A DNA stretch of 32,000 nucleotides from an uncultured archaeon (GTDB taxonomy: Archaea > Iainarchaeota > Iainarchaeia > Iainarchaeales > JAAZKV01): positions 450,001-482,000 of the forward strand of contig CAZKBG010000001.1 in the NCBI GenBank assembly GCA_964551375.1, in the 5' to 3' direction. The position numbers and the translations under genes are program-made. Below the pieces are notes generated by a model. That model saw only the letters and a program-made list of their open reading frames with translations, did no database searches and was not told where the DNA came from. Shown piece by piece: positions 9,825 to 17,277 of the stretch (position 1 is its first letter; each line of letters begins with the position of its first letter).

Positions 9825-10841
9825 CTAAAACAAAACTATGTTTTTTAATCCAATCATCTGCCCAAGCATCAGAACTGCAATAAAATAAACCGCAAGCGAA
9901 ACGATGATAAGAATAGGGAAGAATCTCAAACCAGCAAGCTCCCTTCCGTACCTTATTATTCCGATTAAAAGACTTGCAAAAAATGATGTGCAGAACAGGC
10001 ATGCAAATGAAAAAAACCTAATCATTTCAAAAGGAACCTGCTGTTTTTGGGTCGTGTCCCCAAACAGAGTTGAAATGAACGGGATTGAATGGCTGTCAAC
10101 ATTTTCAGGAATTGAAATAGTCTTCTGGTCAGACATCATCTGGGAAACAACAACACCAGAGCCAAAAAGCATGGGCGCGCCTATAGCAGCAGCTATGATA
10201 ATTAAGAAAATGTACATGGAAATATTCGCTTTAATCTCGCTGTTTATCGCTTCTTCCTCTCTCAAATCCTTTGAAACTCTAAGAAGCAGGCTTCCAAAAG
10301 AGCCTCCTTTTTTTATTCCTTCAATAAGCAGCCAGATTGTTTTTCCAAGAACATACGAATTAACTTTTTTAGAAATGGTTGTTAACGCCTCTTCAAGAGT
10401 TCTGCCCGAAAACATTTCCTTTGCGGCGCGCTTTAACAAAAGCGCAAGCTCTCCAAATTCAGGGCGCGCAGACTCAACAAGCGCATTTTCAACAGTAAGC
10501 CCCGAGTTAACATTGGTGGCAACAAGCTCAAGCGCATTGGGAAGATTCTGCTCAACCCTTCTGACTCTTGCAAGCTCATAATAATCAAGCACAACATAAA
10601 TAGCAAATAATATTATTACAGCCGCAGCAAAGAATGCCCCAATTGCATAAAAAATTGACTTATAGACAAAGAATATGTCAAATCCTGCCAAAGCTCCCAG
10701 CATAAAAGGGAGCGCCATCAAAAATCCGATTATTTTTCTTTTTGAAACCTTATCTCCTTCAATCCAGAGCTTACGCTCAAAAGCATCAGTAATAAAAGAA
10801 GGAAATAAATCCCCAATCCTAAGCCAAATTGCCCCCTTCAT
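9825..10841 (-). CDS. Type II/IV secretion (GspF/TadC/ArlJ-like) integral membrane protein
   Basis: Multi-TM protein with a GspF-like cytoplasmic domain (NALELVATNVNSGLTVENALVESARPEFGELALLLKRAAKEMFSGRTLEEAL). Adjacent to the second GspF gene and the secretion ATPase. Confidence 0.85.
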   Translation of the reverse strand: MKGAIWLRIGDLFPSFITDAFERKLWIEGDKVSKRKIIGFLMALPFMLGALAGFDIFFVYKSIFYAIGAFFAAAVIILFAIYVVLDYYELARVRRVEQNLPNALELVATNVNSGLTVENALVESARPEFGELALLLKRAAKEMFSGRTLEEALTTISKKVNSYVLGKTIWLLIEGIKKGGSFGSLLLRVSKDLREEEAINSEIKANISMYIFLIIIAAAIGAPMLFGSGVVVSQMMSDQKTISIPENVDSHSIPFISTLFGDTTQKQQVPFEMIRFFSFACLFCTSFFASLLIGIIRYGRELAGLRFFPILIIVSLAVYFIAVLMLGQMIGLKNIVLF

Positions 10842-11729
10842 TTAAACACTCCCCATTAAACTTGGCCTTCTTGATTTCATAAAACCAACAAGCATAAATT
10901 GCGCAACAACTACTCCGACTAATAAAATTATAAACAAGGAAGAGCTGATTTGAACTCCGGGAAGCGAATTCATCACAGCAAGGAAAGTCAAAGCCATTGC
11001 GGGAACAATAACCGCTATCATCATGTAAACAAGAGTAAGAACTCTAAGAGAAGAACCGTAAGCAATAATTTGTGTTTTTTGATATCTTTCAAGAGATTCA
11101 AGACTTTCTTCAATAACCTGCGCAATCGGCGCGCCTGCTTTCATTCCTGATACAATCTGCCACAATACTTTGCTCAAAAACTGGCTTGAATTTTTTGAAG
11201 CAACATCCTTAAGCACCTCATCTTCCTTTTCACCCGAGTTAAGCCTTTTTGCAATTCCCCTAAAAACTGCCCCCATTTCTCCAAGCTCATTTCTTGACAC
11301 AATAACCATCGCATCAAAAAGGCTCACACCTGCTTCAAGCTGGACAAGAACAACTTTTAATCCAAAGATTAAGTTTGAATCAATTGAGGCAACTTTCTTC
11401 TGCATGTAAATTGTGGGGAACAAAAGCATTCTAATAAAAACAAGAACCCCTATGGCAAGCCCTACTCCAATTCCAGCAATAATCGCCAAGTCAAATTTCG
11501 CAAGCGAAAGAGTGCCCGCAATAACAAAAGCAATAATCACGCCGTAAAAGAGCGAGCTAAAAATTGACACGGCAAAATAATCATCGCTTCCCATGTCAAT
11601 GCCTGCCTGCTCAAGCACCGTGTCATAGCCAGGAAAGAAACTTCCAATAAATTCTCCGACTCCAAGAAACGGCGCGCTGAGTTTTTTAGCAGTATTCTCG
11701 CTTATCGGCACGAACAAAAAGTTTGTCAT
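10842..11729 (-). CDS. Second GspF/TadB-like integral membrane protein
   Basis: GspF-like region (VLVQLEAGVSLFDAMVIVSRNELGEMGAVFRGIAKRLNSG...GMKAGAPIAQVIEESLESLERYQ) plus TMs. ATG at 11729 is more plausible than GTG at 11738. Confidence 0.83.
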   Translation of the reverse strand: MTNFLFVPISENTAKKLSAPFLGVGEFIGSFFPGYDTVLEQAGIDMGSDDYFAVSIFSSLFYGVIIAFVIAGTLSLAKFDLAIIAGIGVGLAIGVLVFIRMLLFPTIYMQKKVASIDSNLIFGLKVVLVQLEAGVSLFDAMVIVSRNELGEMGAVFRGIAKRLNSGEKEDEVLKDVASKNSSQFLSKVLWQIVSGMKAGAPIAQVIEESLESLERYQKTQIIAYGSSLRVLTLVYMMIAVIVPAMALTFLAVMNSLPGVQISSSLFIILLVGVVVAQFMLVGFMKSRRPSLMGSV

Positions 11730-11740
11730 CAAAATCACTC

Positions 11741-13300
11741 TTATTCAAACAAAAGCCTCGGGTCCTTCCCTTTTTGAGAAAACTCATAAACTAAATCAGG
11801 CGACTGATAGTACTTTGCAAAAATCATTCCCAAGTCATCAAGTCTGAAAATATTGTTTTTCACAAGCCAATCAAGTATTTTTTCCTTCTGCTTTAATTCA
11901 GAATCTATTTCTCCCGCGCCCATTCCGGTGTGAACGCTGATTAAGTCATAGAATCTCACGCTATCATGCTGTTTTTTGATAATGCCCTTTGTTGAAATAT
12001 ACCTAAACAAAACATTTGCCTTTGCGGACTGTTCAATTCCCCTGTCTTCAACTACAATTTCAGAAATCTGGTAAATTGACCTCTGGCTTGTCTTGCTGTT
12101 TCTAAAAAGAGTAATGTTAAGCCCGATTGACGCAAGCATCCCTTGCGGAATATCAAGCGGAGGGTTAGCAAATCTTCTAATTGTTTCCTCAGCAGTATCC
12201 GCGTGGAAAGTAGCATACACACTATGCCCTGTGTTCATCGCTTCAAACATTACTTCCGCTTCCTTCTGCCTTCTAACTTCCCCAACAACTATTCTATCCG
12301 GACGCATTCTCAGCGAGTTCACCAAAAGGTCAAGCATTGAAATCTCCCCCTTGCCTTCAGTGTTTGCGGGCCTTGAAACCATAGGCACCCAGTGAAGGAA
12401 TTTAGGAAGAGTTAATTCCCTTGTGTCTTCAATTGAAATTACTCTCTGAGTAGGAGGAATTAATGAAAGGCACGCGTTAAGAAGCGAAGTTTTACCGCTT
12501 GCTGTGCCCCCAGAGAAAATTACATTAAGCTCGTAATGCATAGCCATCCATATAATTGCCATTGATTCGCTTGAAGCGCTTCCGTTTGAAATTAATTCTG
12601 TAACAGTCCAGGGATTTCTTCTAAATCTTCGGATTGTAATAGTATTGCCGTGAGACGACACAGGGTTAAGCGTCGCATTAGCTCTGTCCCCGCTTGAAAG
12701 ATGCGCGTCAAGAAGCGGAGTAAGAACGGTAATCTGCTTTCCTGATCTTCTTGCAATGATTGAAGCAAAGTTTTCAATTTCTTTTTCAGAATCAAACCAT
12801 AAATTAGTCTTCATCCAGCCGTATTTTTTGTGATAAATCCACGCAGGCTCAATAGCCGAGTTAAGCACTATTTCTTCAATATTGTCATCGAGAAGAACAT
12901 ATTCCAAATCCGCGAGCCCCAGCATTTCGTTAATTAAAATTTCAACAAGGACTTCAATATTCTTTTTTTCAGAGCCGAACAATCTTTTTGCCAAAAGCTC
13001 ATGCGCAAAAAACGAGAAATCTTTTCTCACAGATTCTATAAATTTCTGGTCAACCATTTTCTCAACAGGGATTTTTGAACGAGAAAGAATTTCAATTTTA
13101 ATTTCATCAAGAGTAATTCTTGTTCCGGAGCCAACTTCAGGATAAGATATGTGGTAGTGCGGAACAAAATCCTTAGGATCGTTGAATAAAATAACTTTAA
13201 CCGCAGCCTTGCAGTTTTCAATAGGATATTCGCCAATCATTGCTTCAGGATTAACAATCTCAGCTTCTCTTCTTCTGATACCGCTGCTTGATTCATTCAT
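11741..13300 (-). CDS. Type II/IV secretion system ATPase (PilT/VirB11/CpaF/ArlI-like)
   Basis: Walker A VIFSGGTASGKTSLLNAC, IEDTRELTLP, SLRMRPDRIVVGEVR, TGHSVYATFHADTAEETIRR. Confidence 0.95.
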   Translation of the reverse strand: MNESSSGIRRREAEIVNPEAMIGEYPIENCKAAVKVILFNDPKDFVPHYHISYPEVGSGTRITLDEIKIEILSRSKIPVEKMVDQKFIESVRKDFSFFAHELLAKRLFGSEKKNIEVLVEILINEMLGLADLEYVLLDDNIEEIVLNSAIEPAWIYHKKYGWMKTNLWFDSEKEIENFASIIARRSGKQITVLTPLLDAHLSSGDRANATLNPVSSHGNTITIRRFRRNPWTVTELISNGSASSESMAIIWMAMHYELNVIFSGGTASGKTSLLNACLSLIPPTQRVISIEDTRELTLPKFLHWVPMVSRPANTEGKGEISMLDLLVNSLRMRPDRIVVGEVRRQKEAEVMFEAMNTGHSVYATFHADTAEETIRRFANPPLDIPQGMLASIGLNITLFRNSKTSQRSIYQISEIVVEDRGIEQSAKANVLFRYISTKGIIKKQHDSVRFYDLISVHTGMGAGEIDSELKQKEKILDWLVKNNIFRLDDLGMIFAKYYQSPDLVYEFSQKGKDPRLLFE

Positions 13301-13968
13301 TCAAGATCACCTTTCTCGCTAAAAACAATCCGTGGATTTCCCATTAGGGGATAAAATATTTTCATTCTGCCAGATTCTTCAAATACTCTTGCGAGCTCAA
13401 GAACGTCACTCTCTTTAACTGCGAGGGATTTTGACAAATCTGCAACTGAAACTGATTTTCTTACCGAGACAATAGAATACATTCTGTCAAAAATCGTCTT
13501 AACTTGATTTGAGCCTATTATTCCACCGTCAACAATTGATTTATCAGATGCATTTTTCTTATCCTTTGCGCTTATTGACGCCCACTTGCCTCTGCCTCCT
13601 TTTCCTTTATTGACCAAAATTATATTCTCTCTTGCAGCCCATCTCTTTCTCTTAACTTCAGGAGGACAAATTAAGTTTGACTTGCTCACGCTTGACAACT
13701 TTTCACTGTCATCGCAAATTTCATTAAAACTGGGTTTTGAGGATTGTTTGTTTTTCAAAGAAACCGCCTTTTTCGGCTTAACTGCCCCTTTAGAAAAAAC
13801 TTTTTTTGAAATAACTTTTGCTTTTTTCTTTATTCTAACCCCCTTATTGGTTTTTTTTTCATTTTTTTTAGCAGTATCTTTAACGCTGGCTTTAGCCTTA
13901 TTTTTGGCTTTGCCTTTAACCCCTCTTTTTCCGCCAAGGATTTCGTCTATTAGTTGAATATTAACCAT
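13297..13968 (-). CDS. Lys-rich N-terminal tail plus C-terminal winged-helix domain protein
   Basis: About 80 residues of K/A-rich sequence (KGKAKNKAKASVKDTAKKNEKKTNKG...), then a wHTH-like segment FDRMYSIVSVRKSVSVADLSKSLAVKESDVLELARVFEESGRMKIFYPL. 4-nt overlap with the ATPase start. Confidence 0.6.
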   Translation of the reverse strand: MVNIQLIDEILGGKRGVKGKAKNKAKASVKDTAKKNEKKTNKGVRIKKKAKVISKKVFSKGAVKPKKAVSLKNKQSSKPSFNEICDDSEKLSSVSKSNLICPPEVKRKRWAARENIILVNKGKGGRGKWASISAKDKKNASDKSIVDGGIIGSNQVKTIFDRMYSIVSVRKSVSVADLSKSLAVKESDVLELARVFEESGRMKIFYPLMGNPRIVFSEKGDLE

Positions 13969-14059
13969 TTTTTACGCCATCTCAGTAAAATTATCACTAT
14001 TAAATAGGATTTTGTGGTTTTTTAACTTAATTACCCCCATAAAACCCAAAAAATATACC

Positions 14060-14929
14060 TCACTTATATCCACCAATACTTGGAGAAATTACTATCGCAT
14101 CGTCATTAACCCCTGCGCTTACAACCGAATCAATAAAATAAACATTTGAATCCAAATTAACCACTCTTGAAGCTGATTTCCAGGTTAAATTACCCACAGC
14201 ATAAGTGAAATTCAAATCGTTTGCTGAGCCAAGAGCGCCTGTAGTCATTATAATCGAACCGCTTTGAAGAGCATCAATGCTGTTGTCAAAATTAACTTTA
14301 AGCGTCCCGTTCTGGCTCCACACTCTAACTTTTAACCGCACAGGGTTGGCGCAAGAAACGCACAACGGAAGACTCGTTGAACTTACATTCATATCGCTTG
14401 TAACATTCACATCATAAAAAATTGTTGAGAATTTTCTTGCGCCGTAATTATATCTCACAATAGTATTATCAGAGAAGCCGTTTGTAAGCGAATGAACCAC
14501 ATTAAAGTCCTTTCCCCAAACTTGTATTTTTCCCGCATCAATTAATCCAAGATTTATTGAAACAGCGCCGTTGAATTTTGAGGAAAACAAGCTGTTCACT
14601 TTTGAAACCGCTCCAGAGATATTATTTCTCTGAGAAAGATTTGGAAAAGATTCCCTGAAGTTAAAACTGTTAAAATCAGATGAAAAAGTTACTCCGCCCA
14701 CGTTTGAATAAATTGAACTCAAAATGGATGCTGAAGAAACTTTTAAAGAAGCCGCGCTTTGGGAAGCAAGAATTCCGTTAAATGAAGTATTTGCTCCATT
14801 AGTAACTGCGCCCTCAAAGTAAGCAACTGAAATTAATAAAAGCGCGATGAAAAGAGTGGATAAAGTAACAAAAACTCCCCTCTCGCCGACAGCTGGCCGG
14901 CTTTTATTTCTTTGAATTTTTGATTTCAT
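14060..14929 (-). CDS. Secreted/pseudopilin-like protein of the pilus locus
   Basis: Single N-terminal hydrophobic helix after a basic stretch (ERGVFVTLSTLFIALLLISVAYFEGA), then a long Ser/Asn-rich ectodomain. 4-nt overlap with the upstream pilin-like gene. Confidence 0.6.
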   Translation of the reverse strand: MKSKIQRNKSRPAVGERGVFVTLSTLFIALLLISVAYFEGAVTNGANTSFNGILASQSAASLKVSSASILSSIYSNVGGVTFSSDFNSFNFRESFPNLSQRNNISGAVSKVNSLFSSKFNGAVSINLGLIDAGKIQVWGKDFNVVHSLTNGFSDNTIVRYNYGARKFSTIFYDVNVTSDMNVSSTSLPLCVSCANPVRLKVRVWSQNGTLKVNFDNSIDALQSGSIIMTTGALGSANDLNFTYAVGNLTWKSASRVVNLDSNVYFIDSVVSAGVNDDAIVISPSIGGYK

Positions 14930-15366
14930 TTAGGCCACACCCTTGCCTTAGCAACGCCCAGATAATTAATATCATTATTTGCAAAAATCACAAAAGGGCG
15001 CGAAGTCTCAACAACCCCAATAACATTAGTATCTGCTGCATTAGCCACAGTTATTGAATCAATAAGAGCCATTGTGTTTGAATTGTATCTTGAAAATAAA
15101 ATGCTGTAATTATAATTTGGAGGCATATTTTGGGCAACGGCTGAATTTAGAGAAGAGTAGTTAAAAGAAGAAAGCGCGCCTGTTTTATCAAGCACGTTTA
15201 GTAAATCCAAAGAAACCTGTTTTTGAAAAGCCTTTGGAGAAGATGCTACCTGCGAATAAGAAACCGAGAAAAATAATCCAAGCGAAATTATAAGCACAAT
15301 AATCGCAAACACCGCATCAAGGCTGAAATGAAAGCCCTTATTGTTAATTTTAAAATTACTTTTCAT
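14926..15366 (-). CDS. Pilin-like protein (divergent prepilin motif)
   Basis: NNKGFHFSLDAVFAIIVLIISLGLFFSV N-terminal helix. Overlaps both neighbouring genes. Confidence 0.65.
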   Translation of the reverse strand: MKSNFKINNKGFHFSLDAVFAIIVLIISLGLFFSVSYSQVASSPKAFQKQVSLDLLNVLDKTGALSSFNYSSLNSAVAQNMPPNYNYSILFSRYNSNTMALIDSITVANAADTNVIGVVETSRPFVIFANNDINYLGVAKARVWPK

Positions 15367-15802
15367 ACAAAATCACCGTTGCTTTCAGCGCAGTGTTGTT
15401 CATAGTAATAATTCTTTGAATTGAAATTGCCTGCCTTACTCCGCTCTGCCCGTAATTAAGATAAGTCGCTCCAGCTCCTGAAATAGTAACTTTGAAATCA
15501 TACCCTTCAATCCCAAGCTCCCTTTTCATGGAATTATAATCAACAGCTGAAAAACAGGAAAGCTTCTGCTGGGAGATTACATTCTTTTCAACTGCAAGCC
15601 CTCCAGCAAGGCAGTTTGTATCTGAAAAAATTGCTTCGGAAAGATAAAAAACATCAGACTGCATCTGATAAAGAGACTGCGTTTCAATTGCCGAACCCAG
15701 ATGCGAAAAAGTGAGCCCTGCCCCGAACCCCACAATAATTGTCGCCACAAGCGCAGCAGCCATTATGTCAAACCCTTCCGCCTGCCCCTTGTTATCCATC
15801 AT
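15356..15802 (-). CDS. Pilin-like protein (divergent class III motif)
   Basis: MMDNKGQAEGFDIMAAALVATIIVGFGAGLTF N-terminal helix. Confidence 0.65.
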   Translation of the reverse strand: MMDNKGQAEGFDIMAAALVATIIVGFGAGLTFSHLGSAIETQSLYQMQSDVFYLSEAIFSDTNCLAGGLAVEKNVISQQKLSCFSAVDYNSMKRELGIEGYDFKVTISGAGATYLNYGQSGVRQAISIQRIITMNNTALKATVILYEK

Positions 15803-15819
15803 ACAAATCCCAAATTTAA

Positions 15820-16206
15820 TTAATTATTTATAAAAATAAAATTGCCGTCATACGAAATCCATAAATTTCCAACATTTAAATTTCTGTCAAGATTTGTCTG
15901 GAGAGTTTTGCAGAAAATTCCGTTAAAACTCTGAGAAGCGTAATAATTCACGTAAATAGTGTCGTTTGCGAGCCGAAAGTTTCTGTCAATAACTCCGTTC
16001 CAGTCAAGAGAACTATACTTTGCCGAATAAATTGCTTGCGCAATTGAATCGCAAATAACTTTATCATTCACCTGGTCAGTGCTTGCCTGAATTGCCTGCG
16101 CTTGAGTTGAGGTAAAATAAAAAACTCCAATAAAGAAAATCAAAAAGACAACCATGCCGGACATTGTCTCAAGCGACACTTGGGCGCGTGAATTAGAACG
16201 AAACAT
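15820..16206 (-). CDS. Type IV pilin-like protein with class III signal peptide
   Basis: NSRAQVSLETMSGMVVFLIFFIGVFYFTST. Confidence 0.8.
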   Translation of the reverse strand: MFRSNSRAQVSLETMSGMVVFLIFFIGVFYFTSTQAQAIQASTDQVNDKVICDSIAQAIYSAKYSSLDWNGVIDRNFRLANDTIYVNYYASQSFNGIFCKTLQTNLDRNLNVGNLWISYDGNFIFINN

Positions 16207-16209
16207 TGA

Positions 16210-17277
16210 TTACACCCCGCCGGCAACATATTTCTTTAATTGGAAATAGTCAAAATCCCAATACTGCGCATTACCGCCTGAACTTTTTATAACCTGAATT
16301 ATTGGCCCGCAAGAATTAGCAATGACATTAGGAATGTTTGTTGTTATTACCCCAATATTAGTATCTATTCCGGTAAAAGTATTTCGAATATAAAAAGTAA
16401 TAACAGAAGCGTCTGAGTTGCTTTCAATCTTAAAATCATTCCAATTATTGTCGAGATGCACCCCTGTATCAATTCTTGTTCTTACGCCACCTTTTGCGGT
16501 AACTATATTCCAAGTAGGAATTGTGGTAACAGCAGAGTTATCCTCTTCAATATATACTCCGTCAGTAAAATCACCGTTGGTTGTATTATCCCCGCAGCCG
16601 ATTCTTAAAATAAATTTATTCGACTGAGTCAAGTCGCTAAAAAGCTTTGCATTAAATTCCATTGTTTCATTTCCTGTAAAAAACATTGAAGTAGTTCCAA
16701 GGTTTATTGTAGCATATTTGTTGTTACCAGTTCCAGGATTCATCGAAAGTATCCCCATTCTATTAACATCAGCAACATCAAATGAAACACTTGCACCACC
16801 GCCTGAACTCGCAGAATTCCAACCCAGCTGCCCAATCTGCCCGCTTGTCAAATCCCTACCCATGAATTCTTCCTTAAAGATTAAACTATTATCAAGCGTC
16901 GGAGGCGTATAACCATAATCTCCCATATCAACGCTTAACGCGCCTGTACCTGCGGTGCTAGTTAAAATGCCTTTTCCAAGAGCTGATAAGTATGTTTCAT
17001 TTGAAAGTGAGTTGCTGTCAGTTTGAGTGATGAAATTTGCATCGCTAAAAGTATTTCCATTATACCTGTTTAAATCCGAAATTTTATAACAAGTCAAAAA
17101 ATCGCAGATAAAATTCTTATCCGACTTTAAGACATCAATTGTGTTTAAATCAATCAGCCACTTATTTGAAGTGTTCAATAAACCAAGAGAATAAACATTC
17201 CCGTCAGTAAAAGCAGCAAATGCATTGCATGAAAAAAAAAGCACTGCAAAGATAGCAGCGATTTTAAAATAATCCAC
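16210..17277 (-). CDS. Secreted protein: signal peptide, phage tail-fibre-like linker, and LamG/jellyroll-like C-terminal domain
   Basis: The GTG at 17277 overlaps the upstream TAG (TAGTG), preceded by GGGGGGAAGG. It gives a compact signal peptide VVDYFKIAAIFAVLFFSCNAFA. Fibre-like motif LGKGILTSTAGTGALSVDMGDYGYTPP. The rest aligns by eye with the C-terminus of the upstream gene product. Confidence 0.7.
   Translation of the reverse strand: MDYFKIAAIFAVLFFSCNAFAAFTDGNVYSLGLLNTSNKWLIDLNTIDVLKSDKNFICDFLTCYKISDLNRYNGNTFSDANFITQTDSNSLSNETYLSALGKGILTSTAGTGALSVDMGDYGYTPPTLDNSLIFKEEFMGRDLTSGQIGQLGWNSASSGGGASVSFDVADVNRMGILSMNPGTGNNKYATINLGTTSMFFTGNETMEFNAKLFSDLTQSNKFILRIGCGDNTTNGDFTDGVYIEEDNSAVTTIPTWNIVTAKGGVRTRIDTGVHLDNNWNDFKIESNSDASVITFYIRNTFTGIDTNIGVITTNIPNVIANSCGPIIQVIKSSGGNAQYWDFDYFQLKKYVAGGV
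17123..17207. repeat. DNA-level direct repeat, copy A of two paralogous segments in adjacent genes (partner 18160..18244)
   Basis: About 13 mismatches over 85 nt by hand alignment with 18160..18244, including an identical 22-nt run agagaataaacattcccgtcag. Confidence 0.8.

Noticed and set aside
9904-10581. 225-aa plus-strand ORF
   Set aside because: Fully antisense to the GspF-like gene 9825..10841. No recognisable domain and low-complexity Ser/Ile composition.
11729-11738. Shared GTGATTTTGATG string at the gspF (11738) and gatA (25421) starts as a regulatory motif
   Set aside because: Too short and consistent with a weak GTGAT-type Shine-Dalgarno sequence before the ATG. Two occurrences are not evidence of a regulon.
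13586-13957. 123-aa plus-strand ORF
   Set aside because: Antisense to the Lys-rich tail gene. The Phe/Leu-rich run is the complement of AAA/AAG codons.
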